From Zygnema circumcarinatum SAG 698-1b (lineage: Eukaryota; Plantae; Zygnematophyceae), in assembly GCA_037447605.1 (NCBI GenBank), contig CM074804.1:496001-560000 (forward strand): a stretch of 64,000 bases of DNA, in the 5' to 3' direction. This document shows, in pieces, positions 50,688-62,959 of the stretch. Both the position numbers and the translations under genes were made by a program. Each line of letters begins with the position of its first letter. The first letter of the stretch is position 1. The notes below the pieces were generated by a model. That model made no database searches and had not been told where the DNA came from. It saw nothing but the letters and a program-made list of their open reading frames with translations.

Positions 50688-52547
50688 CTGGGGAAGTCAA
50701 TGGAAGCTTCATCCTGGCATGGAATGCAGCGACATTTGTCAAATTTCGGCAAATGTGCGACGCCCTGTCTACTTCTTATGGCACTATATTGGGCACTTCC
50801 CCGGTTAGTGGGAGTTGATATTCCTGGCAGGACTTTCGTACTTAGCCTTTCACTGCTAGAGTCTGGTATTGGTCATTATTTGGTTTCTAGCCAACTTCCT
50901 TCGTCCACAGAATTCTTGTTGAAGCTGTCTTCTGGCAGCAGTCTGTTGCATTCATTGGTTGCGCTTGTCAGCGATACATTCTTCATGAATCATTCAATCT
51001 TTTGTAGCCTCTTCCCACAATGCCTGCTCTAGAACCCCCCATAGACTTAGTTGAGAGAGCCTACGTCAGTAGTGAGAAAGGAGAAACGATCAGTCGTTGT
51101 TGAAGTCACAGAGAGAGAGAGAGAGAGAGATGGGGGAAAAGAAAAGTGGAGAGACAGAGAGAGTGTGAGAGAAAGGCTGGGGACTGCTTTTGACTGTAGT
51201 CTGTAGGGTGGCAAACTCTGTACTTGTCAATAAGTGGAATTTTCTGTCTTCAATTCTACCTTGTCCTCGTGCCAAATGCTCCTTCAGTTTTGCCCTTTGG
51301 TGTTGCAACGCTCGTAGAGCCACTCAGCCTGTAAGGCCAAACTGCGTGTAAAGGTGAAACTGTGAAGTAGTAACCTCACTACGAAAGCAGCCAAGTGGGC
51401 ATTTTTTGTCTAAGTAAAATGTAAAAAGCGAGGGGGAGGAAAGGGCTAAAGGGGGAAACCCATACATCCCCTGCTGTTCAGATCAATGACCTCCAGTGGA
51501 CCTCAGAGTCCACGCGCTTCTCTTGCGCAAGAATCTCATTGTTGAACTGTAGATCCAGAGAAAACGCAAAACTGAACACGGCCGCTGGTTTTTTCGAACA
51601 CACCAAAATCTTAAGAAAAAAAATTGTTCAAATTTTCAGGCTTTTTGATTTTAACTGTTGACAAAATGCATGCATGCATACGTGGCGCGTCATTATTGGC
51701 TCTTCACGTGAGCGATCCACCTGAACTCGGCCATGACCGGTCGGCCCATGGCTTTTGCACAGACCATAAGGCCGTACGTCTACGTGACGTGACATAGACC
51801 ACACTGTTCATAATGATTTCTGGCTAGGGTCACCACACTCGGGAACGTGGCTCTATCCCATTGGCCGTAGGACTATCCGGTTGGGCGGGAAGGTTTGTCG
51901 CCGAGTTACACCGTATCGCACCGACTACAACCACCGGCCGGCCCACATTATTGCTCGGCACTGTTATTTCAACTGCCCGCATGCCCGTTTTTGTCTGCAA
52001 TGGCTGCCCTTAAGTGACAAGGCCTTATAAAGGTTTTTGGGCCTTTTCGTCTTTGAGCTTCCTCCAAAAGAAATCCGCCACGTGTGCATAAGTCTCCACG
52101 TGGCGTCCTCCATTGACCCAGCTGCTGGAAGTACGGAAAATAGGCCCTTTCTGGAAAATTCTCCTCGTTTCACCGCGGTCGTTCGGGAGACCTTCCGTAC
52201 AGTCCCGTTCCAGCCAATCGTTGAACGCCGTTGCACGGTTTCAGAAAAGAACCGTACTTTTTTCCACTGTCCGCGAAAGAAAAGCGCTCGTGGTTTCTGA
52301 ACCGCCGTCAATAACCTCCCGGCCGTTTCCATGTCCCAGTTTCACAGTTCCGGGGCGGCTCTTTACGGCGAACGGAACTCTAGACATAGATCCCAATCCT
52401 TGGACCCGCCCCTTCTCTGAGGGTGCATTCGGTAAGCTCTTGGAGCCGGGGGTGGTAGGGGAGTCATTTTTGCAGGTAGGGATTTGGAGGAGGCCATTAG
52501 GGTTTTGGAGTCCCTGAAAGAGGGGCTGTGTAGAGGGGGTAGAAGCC

Positions 52548-54048
52548 ATGTCGGAGAAGTATGGCACTCCTCTGTACCCCCCCGGATTGCCCCCTTCCTT
52601 GGCGGTGCCGGCAGGAATGTGGACGACAGGGCTGTGCGGCTGCTTCGAGGAATGCGGCGTTTGTAAGTGTTTGTCGATGTCATGGGGGCGGTTTGAATCT
52701 GCCTTTTCAGGAATGCCACTTGTATGGTTGTTAGGAGTAGGGAAAGATGGTCCTGGTGTGTGCAGGCTTCCGAGCAGCAATGCTGTAGTTGTGGTGAAGA
52801 TGCTATGCGTTGCTAATGTTGACGCAGAGGAACTAACGGCGAAGTTTTCGTTGACAATTGCTAAGTTTTTTTCCACATTTTGTACATGATGAGAAGTCCT
52901 CTTTTCCTTTCCCTTGTTCTCTTGGAAGCAGTGGTTACAGCTGTAAGTTTGCTCGCTCGTGAAGTGCACATGCATGGAGAAAAGTATTATCTTTGAATGA
53001 CGGACACTATTCTTTCAGTTTCTTTAATGCTTATTGTTTCTCTGGTTGCAGGTTGGTGCACGATTTGTTGCCCATGTGTCACCGTCGGGCGAAACATCGA
53101 AATCATTTCTGGCGGCCATACAGGTGTGCTCTTTCACATTCTATAAACTTAAGCATTTGTCTCGGCTATCCGGCAATTATCTTCAATGCACATGCAGTAA
53201 ATAAACTGAGCTTGCTCCCTTACATTTACAAACTGTGACTATATAAAGTTACAGGGTGTGGGGACCTCCACATTGATCTGATGCCTGCACATAGCTAGAT
53301 GGATTCCTTAAAACGAAAACATTGCAGATAATGCGTGTTTGCGTAGAAAGTTCACTTGAGACCAGTGCACGCTATGCTATCCACCCAGGTGGATCCACTC
53401 GATGACATCATAATGGTGACGATAATGTGTGTGTGCAGATTGTTGTACTGGAGGCGTCGTGTACATGCTACTTCAAATGTGTTGGTTGGGGTGCTTGTAC
53501 ACATGCACATATCGAAAAACACTTCGTCGAAAATATGAGCTTCCAGTGAAGCCATGCCATGACTGCTGCGTACACATGTTTTGCCATGTATGCGCTCTCT
53601 GTCAGGAGTACAGAGAACTGAAAAATCGCGGCTGGAATCCCGCACTTGGTAAGGACACTCTTTTTCCCCATATGAAATTTATTGCCTTTCCCTTAGCCTA
53701 TCCTTGGAAACATGATGCCTCATGTTCAGCATGTCAAAGACCTCATTCAAGACTCTCAGTACTTGACATCTCTCAGCACAGCCGCTGCACGATTGAATGT
53801 GGCAAAATTACGTTCTTAATTTGTTCCTGCTATGGCTGTCTGTTTCGTGGTTCGATTTGTAACTCAAAGCATTGAACACGGACGCTGATAATGCCGAATA
53901 ATTCCAAACGAAGGGTTGAGTGTGTGTGCCTGATGCTTGAAATTGATTTCTTGAAGAGTTTTTGTCGGAGCTTGCAGGTTTCAAACACAATACCCAGTTT
54001 CAGCATGAGATTGGGACCCCGCCTGCCACTCACCGTATGTACAAGTGA
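52548..54048 (+). CDS. PLAC8-domain protein (PCR/CNR/FW2.2-like), 4 exons
   Basis: WTTGLCGCFEE, CCPCVTVGRN.EI, LYTCTYRKTLRRKYEL...PCHDCCVHMFCHVCALCQEYRELKNRG is the PLAC8 signature including the CCPC motif. Confidence 0.92.
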
Positions 54049-54142
54049 GACCCTAACAATGGGAGCCCTCAATTGGTAGGTGACTGACAGGTTCACCATA
54101 TCAGATTATGTTTTTGATATCGAAAATTCTTTTATCAATCCC

Positions 54143-54222
54143 ATTCAACTATTCATATTCATATTCAGATTCAGATTCAGATTCAGATTCAGATTCGTAT
54201 TCAGATTCAGATTCATATTCAT
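54143..54222. repeat. (ATTCAG/ATTCAT)n hexamer repeat downstream of the PLAC8 gene
   Basis: About a dozen ATTCA(G/T) units. Confidence 0.9.
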
Positions 54223-55102
54223 ATATTTGTGACGACAGGGATTGAAAACTTGCATTTAGGGAACTCTGCAACTTCAAATCTTCTGATCATCGCTGCACTC
54301 AGCAGATACGTGGATGCAGCTCGTTAAGTGTGCCATTTCCTGCTAGGCCTTCTTTTGAAGCTGTTCTCTTCGAGGAGGAACTCAGCATAGAATATCATCC
54401 TTTCCAAATGTATTATGTTTTTTAAGCAAGTATACGCTTGGCACGCTAGGAAACATGTTGATGACGCTGATGTTGACGTCAAGTTGGTTGACTAAATTGA
54501 CTGTGTTGTTGACTTATTATGTTGATTTTCTCGTTGAATACATTGACTGTACTTTTATGATGTGGTTGACTACATGGACTTCGTCCTTGCAATTGTCGAG
54601 TACGTTGAATATGGTGACTACATTGACTACTCTGTTGATGTTAGTACGTAGATCGTGATGATCACGCTCCTGTTCACCATGAAAGACGGAAGGGAGAAAA
54701 GGAAAGAGTGGATAGTGGGCAGGGGAGGGGAGGGGAGGGGAGGACGATGTGAATATATTCTGAGAGTGAGAACATACAGCGTGAGAGTCAACCAACACAG
54801 ACATGACCATTGTAAAATAGACGTCGATTGAGGAATAAACAAGTCCACATTATTATTTGCGGCGAGATAGAGAATGGGCCCAAAATGAGAATGGTCCCTA
54901 TGCTCGTTTTCTATGCTCCTTGCTCCTCAACCTGTACGGTTGTGCTGTTCCAGTACTGTTCCGGTTTGGTTCGGCTCAAATCGGCTCTGCTCCGTTCTGT
55001 TCGATCCGGTAGAAACAATTCAAAAATCAAAAAGAATGCACCTGCAGTAGCTTCGATGCTTTTGTGCTTCAGAGCCACGAGGAAGCGGAGGATGCGTCAG
55101 GT

Positions 55103-57799
55103 TCAAAGGGTTTGTGCCACAGTGTTGAGCTTGTCAGCGAAGGCGAGCTGAGTTCGAGTGAGGTTTGCGAGGTAAAGGACCAGAAGAAGGTCCTGCAGAT
55201 GCCAAGTAAACCCAGAGAACTTAGGCTAGTGAGGGAGGGAACGGGGCACGGGGAGGGGGCGGCGGGAGAGGAGAGGAGGGAGGAGGGAGGAGAAGGGAGG
55301 GGGGGGGGAGAGGGGGGGAAGAGTGGGGAGGGTGGGGGGGAGAGGGGTGGGGGGGGGGGGTGACGGGAAGGGCAGGGCCTCACCAACTCCTAAGGAACTT
55401 CATCATTTTAAAACATACAGTCTGAATCCATCAGCTAAGGGAGAGGCACGTACCTGTACACTGTCGTTGAAAAGTTTGTCAAAAGAGTCGTTGTTTATTT
55501 GTGGGATTGCTGCCACCGTGTCTGCCAAGTACCGCCCGATTGTGTTATCCGGTTGTATTCTTCCCTCCTGAACAGAAATACAAGATAAATAATTGATAAG
55601 TACACATTGCTGAAAGGAATAAAAGCAAACTCATCAAGCAGGAAGTCCTCATTGTCATATTATCCCACACGCTGCCTAATCCTTAATATGTATCCAAAGG
55701 CTCGTCATTTACTGTTGCCTCCTCGTTATCGGCCTCGTAAGCCTCTTCACTTTCTGCAAAAGTTCTGCCCTTAATCAAGGTCTGCTACTTTCCGACCTGT
55801 TTTCTGCCCTTATCCATTTTTCCCCTACCTTCCAAGACTCCAGTTCGCACATAATTCTTCTCCTCTTTGCTTTCCCGCTCTCCTTATTCCCTTCGGTTGC
55901 TTTTGTATACCTGTCTTCTCTTGTATCTACATAAACCTTGATTTTGCCTGAACACCTCTCTTCTTTGTATCCCATATCCTCCCGCCTGGTATGCATTCCT
56001 CCGTCAGCTGCAGCTTCCTATTCCCTACCTGACCTGTCAACTCTAACCTCTCATTTCCAATAGCTCCTCCTGCCTTCCTTCAAGCGGTAATTCTGCTGTC
56101 ATTCTCTGTCTCCCTCTAAATCGTAGCTGTTCTACCTGACCAACTGCTCACTATTTTCTGCTTCACTAAGCTGCTCTCATCCCTTAACCCCTACACCAGC
56201 TCCTTCCCACGTGCATCTCTCGTTCGCTTTGGCGTATCCTCTGCACTTCACTCTCCTCCTAATTATATCACACCAAGGCTTTCTGCAAACTCACCACCAC
56301 ATCGTCTACATATGTGAACACCGTATCCACCATAGTCAATAAGCGGCCTATTGAAGATTCGAGTCCCTCCAAGTCATTTGGCAACTTCTCCACCACAGAA
56401 CGCTTCAGGTTCTCAACTGCACATCAATCAGACCTCTGTTAATTGACAGAAATTCATCTGAAACAAGTCTCTGATATATGTCATGAGACAATGCTAACAA
56501 TTCAGACGAGACATGGAGACAAAAACAGCAGAAAATGGTGAAGAAGGAATCACCTCGAAACACTTGAGCCAACAGAGTTGAACTCTATCAAACTGAAAGT
56601 CAGTACATGAAAAACACAATAAGCTTGATCATCTACAAGTATGAAGAAAAACGCCTGCACAGTTTAAACTTCACAATTGTTGCTTATCCATGATCACAAC
56701 GTGACAACTCACATCCTATTCGCTCTGCCTCCACCATCCGCAGATCCAAAGGAATTTCCTGAAACTGCGCTGCCAATTGTCGTTCTCCCAGTGTCAAGGG
56801 AGTAGAGATGTATGCTTTGATGGTCGCCTTGTCGTCTGTAAAACCTGTATCCACCGTCAAATGAACTGGAGTAGCTGTCTCCCTCGCATAGAAATCCTGA
56901 ATTAGGGCATCACTGCCACTCACTCCTAAGCCTGTGGAATACCTGCAATGACGAAGCCATACACAGGTCCATAAGGACAAGAATATCAGCCACAATAATT
57001 GCAAGCACTTTAAAACTTTACACAGTCAGAACTCAATGCGTGTGCGAACAATGCTGCTTTTGCAGAAATATTAACTGAACCAAAATAAAAGAAAAACACT
57101 TCAATGATACTTTCTAAAAAACTTGTGATTGCCAGGAGTCTTCATTTATGAAAGGGCAAGGAGATTATCGATAGAAAGGGGCTCAAGAGTATCAAAACAG
57201 CGCAATAACCAGTGTGCACACCCTCTCTCCCACCTACCTCCTGCAATTAAGAACCTATCCCTAACCCCGCCCTCCATTCCACAACCCTAACCAGAAACCA
57301 AGAAAAACCTCCCCCCAAGCAGAATTGTACCCCCTCCCCCAACCCCTCCCCCTTTGCAAACCCTACTTCCCAAACAGTCCTCAAAACCACAACCCCAACA
57401 AGAAACACGCTTTCTCTAAACAGAAACTCCCCTCCTCCCAGCAAACCCTGCCTCCCCAAACCCCCCTCAACCCAAATCCTAACCATAAAATTCTCCCTAC
57501 CATCCCACGATGACTTCCTTGGCATTGACCCGGTGGTGCAGCTCGAGCATGGCGCGGTGGAAGTCAATATCCACCGCCACTTGGTCCGCCGCCTCGCTGT
57601 GAGGCACCGCATAGCTTGCGCGAATGTCCACAGAGCCATCGGGGCCCTGCGCGCCCAGCAGGGTCCCTATGACCCGCGCCTGCCCCTCCGCCCTCCGCAC
57701 ATAGCACTCGCAGATGCTCGCCAGCACCGCCGGTTGCACGCGTGCCCCGGACACGCCGCCGGGGCCTGAACCCACGTGCAGAGCCGCAGCCTCCGCCAT
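55103..57799 (-). CDS. eIF3f: Eukaryotic translation initiation factor 3 subunit F, 5 exons
   Basis: MPN domain ARVQPAVLASICECYVRR...RVIGTLLG...SYAVPHSE...EVIVGW|YSTG...LIQDFY...PVHLTVDT, then DLEGLE.SI..L, DNTIGRYL, and DLLLVLYLANLTRTQL at the C-terminus. Confidence 0.95.
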
Positions 57800-58115
57800 G
57801 GCTGGGGGTGAGAGAGCGTGAGAGGGAGAGACGGAGAGAGGAAGACGGAGAGAGGGAGAGGCGGAGAGAGAGCTGAAGAGGCTGACCCTCTGGGTTCATG
57901 GAGGGAGGCGGTACCGTATCGTATCGGTCTGGATCAGTGCATCATATCGGAATACTATTATTATATTTTTGTCGCATCGAGAATCAAATACCGGAATGTA
58001 TCGTACCGGGATAATATCGTATATTGGAATGTGTATTGGTAGAGTGTATTTTTCCCCCACCCCCTGTGAGAGCGAGAGTGAGGCTGCGAGTGTTGCAAGA
58101 GGCGAGGCGGAGGCC
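57800..58115. promoter_or_regulatory. Short bidirectional promoter eIF3f / HEN1 (316 bp)
   Basis: Divergent ATGs at 57799 and 58116. It holds the same TATCGTATCG / ATATCGGAAT / TATCGTAC motifs as 21016-21056. Confidence 0.65.
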
Positions 58116-61100
58116 ATGGCGGAGGAGGAGGAGGAGAAGGTGAAGGAGGCGGAGGCGGCCCTGCAGCGCGTGGCTGCCGCTCTGCCCGGCCTGCTTTCGG
58201 CCGAGGTTAGCCATCTCATGGCATAGGCCTTGCAGGGGATTTTATGGCATCCTCTTGAAATGAGCAGCTCGGTTGCATGCAATGCGACTGGGCACGAGTC
58301 TACAGCTGACATTTCTTTCTCTCTTTATCTCTACCTCTCTCTCCCTCTCTCTGGTATCTTTCCCTTGATTTACCACGATTCCGTGTAGCCATCTCAGCAT
58401 ATAGGTGTTTGAATACTGTAACTTCAGCTTGTTGAGAAGTCCATGTTGAAACTTCCAATAAGTTATCTGATGTGCATTTGTTAGTGAATAATTCCGTCCC
58501 ATTTCTGTGTTGAAGAAATTCAATAGAACTCGTACTTCTTAAGAAGGTCAAGTTGACAAGCACAAGATATCATAGGATGGTATACCTTTCCGGAGCCTGA
58601 AGTTGCCACAATTGTTCAAGTTACTTTCAAAAGTATGTGCCAACCTCAAGCCCTGAAGACCTTACTGAGAGGCGGGGCTGGTCTCATTTGCAGGCAGCTG
58701 CAAAATTCCTCCCCATACGCGAGCACATAGAGGCTTCTTTTGCAGCTGGTCATCCACTGCCACGGGTTCCATTGGGCGCTATTGCTGCTTTAGATAAGCG
58801 TTTGACGGAAGCCTGCAAAGAAATGCTGCCTGCCTGTGATTTCGACCCCACTCTCAAGCTTGCATGCCTTCAACAAGCGGCACCTCTATGCGACAGTTCT
58901 GTGTCCATGTTGGAAACGGGGCATGGATTATGGCTGCAGCGCAGTGAGCCGTTTTCTTCGGAGGTGAAGATGGCAGTGCTGCAGCAAACAGGGGATGGAA
59001 GTCAGCTTGTGAAGAAGGAACAGAAATTTAAAGCAGTTTTCGTTCCATGTTCTGGAGAAAGGAAACCAGAGGAGCTAACGATTACTGTTGGGGAAGAAGA
59101 ATATTTTATGGCTGCCATTTCCAAGGAGCTTGGCACCACTGATGCGGGATCTCTTCTTCTTTCCAGGTAGATATTGTGTTGTTATTTGTATGAATACTTC
59201 GGTATCAAGGAATGATGAACTGGACTGCGTAGCCATTTGTTTCCGCGGTTGAGAACTGTGAGGAGCAGGAGGGGCTGCTGGCCAGATCTTGCCAAGTGCA
59301 CCTGGTTGAAACTTCCTTAAACAACAAATAACTGCCTGACCTCTGTTTTTATCTTGATTGTCTAACCACTGTGATATCCAAGCTTTCAGACCCCATAAGG
59401 TAAACGGAGCAACGTGATGTTGGAATGTAGAAGTGAGGCTTCTGGACTGCAGTGAAACTGCAACTTCACATTCTTTAAGTATTTCCCTCTCTCATTATCG
59501 ACGGAGCTTCGGTTTGTGCCTCACGTGGTGCAGTGCAGACTGCTCAGCGGAGCACATTCTAAGCATCGCTTTTACTTTCGGATACCGAATTTGCTGCCTC
59601 CGATTATTGCTCTCCCAGCATCCTCCGACAATCTGGTCAAAAGCGGACATCAAAGTCGGGAGCAGCCAAAAAATGAGTGCGCAAGCTGGCTAACCGGTCA
59701 ACGCATTTACGGCGATGCCATTTTTGCAGCTGTTGGATCATCCCACAGTCCAGTGCCAGCTGGCTGTCGGTTTCTTTCGGCAAACGTAACTCTTGATGAG
59801 TTCTACAGGTGAGCCCTACGCTGCAGGATGAACTGAACATTTCCATGCTTTACTCCTCCCCAAACCTCTCCCTGCCCTACCTCCCACTCTTCCCTTATGC
59901 TTATGTTCTCCTAATTGAAGGACACATTCGAGTCAGGTCACACCTTCTTTCTATATTCCGTCGTTAGACTTGCACATTTTTGCACATCCTTCTTTATCAT
60001 GCAAAGGCAGCTTGCACCTTGCTATTTGCAAATTTGGGGCATGCAGGATGGTTCAAGCGCGACAACCCGAGGGAGCTTATCAGCTCAACTGCAATGCACC
60101 TCTTGCTGCTCGCCTTGCTGCAGGATCATATAATGCGGCTGTCTGGCAAGGTCCACCTCCAAAGGCTCTTTTAGAGCAGTTATGGGTTCAGCGCCGGCAG
60201 GAGCTGATGGGAAGTCCAAGTCCTGTGTATACATTGTCAACAGTAGGGAAGGAAAAACACCCCACAGATTTTTCTTGCCACCTCACTATGCCTACACCCT
60301 GGCTGGAGAATGAGCCCATTCGAATATTTGAGTCAGGCACTTGCAGATCACGCAAAGATGCAGAAAATAGAACTGCCTTTCAGGCCCTTCTCCTCTTTCA
60401 GGAGTTTCACAATAGAAAGGCTTCACTACTGCTGCCTTGGCTGGGATGCTCCAGGAAGGAGAGAGATGAGTTTGGGGTAAAAGATGGCAGGGGGGGAAAG
60501 AGAAGCGGCATTGGATGTGTATGTGTGAGAGGTGAAGTTCGAACCCTCGTAGAAAGTCCTGATGGCGAAGGCCCACCTCCTCCCGGATCAATAGTAACCA
60601 TTGATTACAAAATGCATTGGATAGTTCCTGAGTCACAGTTTCCCCTTTCAGAACCCTGCTCAACTGGACGACACAAGTCAGTGGCAAGGGAAGGAGAGAA
60701 AGCAGTGGATCGGATTGGAAGTAATGGGTTGGTAGGATGTTCGGAAACAGACTATGCAAAGGATGAGTTGAAGGTGCTGGTAGAGGAGAAGAAGCAGTTT
60801 GAATTTGAGTTGGGCAGCGGAAGTGTTGTTGAGGCCCTCGACTCGTGTGTTGGAAACTTGCGGGAGGGCCAAGTGGCAGCATTTCAGATGGAGCTTCCCC
60901 ATTCGTGGGTATTTGATGTTGTGAGCTCGCAATCCGGTTTGAACAGTGAGTGCATTCCCTACTCGTTATTTTCTCTTTTTCTTCTTTTTTTTGGGGGGGA
61001 GGGGGGGGGAAGGGAAGCAATGGAGTATCCAGATTGGAAGTAGCGCTTTGGTTTGTTTGTGGGGAATGGTGACTTGCTCTATCTCAAAGAGGAAGGAGTT

Positions 61101-62511
61101 TTGATTTAGCAGCATAAAGGCTTTCCCTTCATTGGATTGTACACGGAGACGTCATACCTGTACAGCATGTGGATGCGATGTGGTGCAGGTGATGCATCAT
61201 GGGAGCTGGTTGAGTGTGAAGTGAAGCTGCTCCGTTTTGACATCCCTCTTGAAGAACGAACCGAAAAAGCTTTTTTCAGTCCTCCACTTTCCAAACAACG
61301 CTTGTCATTTGCGCTTAGTATCATAAATCGACTGGGCATGAAGTCCCTGGTGAAGCCCCCCCACTTTGCCTGGCAATACTCTGATCAACTATTATTTAAT
61401 CATAGCATCTTAATTGTCCCTTTTCCCTGCCAGCTTCAACTGATGTCTGATTACGGATTTTATGTTTTTTAGGTTGACCTTGGGTGCGGAGGAGGTGCAC
61501 TCCTTAAGCAGCTTGCAGAGGGATGTGCTGTGGAGGAGTTTGTGGGAGTAGATATATCATCCAAGGCACTTGCCGCTGCTGCTAAAGTGAGCCCGAGTTC
61601 TGTCTGCCCTCCCATCTCTCAGCGATTTCTAATACAAAATCTCGTCATACTCAAAAACTGTGATGCCATTGTGCGCTGCCTTTCGCCTTCCGCTGAAAGT
61701 CTCACCGTGGTGCGCTCTGCAGATGCTTGATAGGTCCTTGGGGAAAAGTTCAGATGAAGTGAATCTTGAAAGCAAAGCTTACCGGCCAAAGTCAGTGGTG
61801 CTCTACGAAGGCTCCATCACGGAATTTGACTCACGAATTCAGGGCTTCGATCTCGCGACTTGCATCGAGGTACTTTATCTTCACATCCTTGTTCAGAACC
61901 CAGTACTCTCGGCAAGCCTTCTGCCCTCCCTCACTACTCCTTCCTATGTGTCGAATTCCCTGAATCAAATCTCTATATAGAATTTGGGAATCTGAGTTGC
62001 AGCTATGCCTATTGCCATGATGCAGGTTGTGGAACATCTGGATCCTCAGCCCCTCCGTATTGTTGGGGATACTATTTTAGGTGCTCTCCAGCCGAAAGCC
62101 CTTCTGGTATCGACCCCCAACATAGAATACAACGTCCTTCTAAAGGCAGCAAAGAACAGTTCTGCAGCCAAGGGCGGAGCTGGCACTTCTCAAGCCATTT
62201 CACTTCGCAATGAGGACCACCGTTTTGAGTGGACAAGATGCGAATTTCAGGAGTGGGCCGACGCTCTTTCCGACAGACATGGATATGATGTGGAGTATAG
62301 CGGAGTGGGAAGAAGAGGAGAGAGAGAAGAGGAGGGAGAGGACCCTGGTTATGCCACACAGATCGCTTTATTCACAAAAAGGGAGGGTGAGCCTCTCTCT
62401 CCTTCTCGAAAGGAGGGGAATAATAGACAGGTTGAACCCTATACGGTTGTGTGGAGTTGGACAAGGCAGGGAGAAAGCTTGAGTCGGATAATTTTGGAGG
62501 AGGGACAGTGA
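58116..62511 (+). CDS. HEN1: Small RNA 2'-O-methyltransferase HEN1 (La-motif, dsRBD, PPIase-like and MTase domains)
   Basis: La-motif-domain exon (VPLGAIAALDKRL..AVFVPC..LLLSR), GQRIYGDAIFAAVG, WQGPPPKALL, FEFELGSG, FSPPLSKQR, VDLGCGGG, GVDIS, YEGSITEFD, TCIEVVEHL, STPNIEYN, RNEDHRFEWTR, GYATQIALF. Confidence 0.93.
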
Positions 62512-62959
62512 AGAGGAGCAACGACCAATCAAGTCACAGATGGATAGAAACAAAAGGATTATTCTGTCTCAAATAGCCAGACCCACCTTCTCGAAAAGCT
62601 TAGCTCATGGATGAAGGCCGGAGAGGAAAAAGGAAAAATGTCAACAGACTGAACACTTGTGATATTGCGGCACGTGGGTACAATTGCACCATGTGAATAG
62701 ATAATAATTGCCTACCTCTTGATTGCAACTCAAAATGTACATGACAGATGGCCACGTTTCATTGGACAGATCAGTTGTGCTTCATTGCAACCACTTTTCC
62801 AAAAGCGCGTGAAAACATGCTGTGGTTTACAACATCCTCAATCCAGAAACCTCCTCAAACTATTTCTCACTGTCTCCTGATGACAGACGGCGCAATCAAG
62901 TCCTTTTCCCATTTATTCATACAATAAAATAGTCGAAACGGTAGTCAAACAAAACATAT

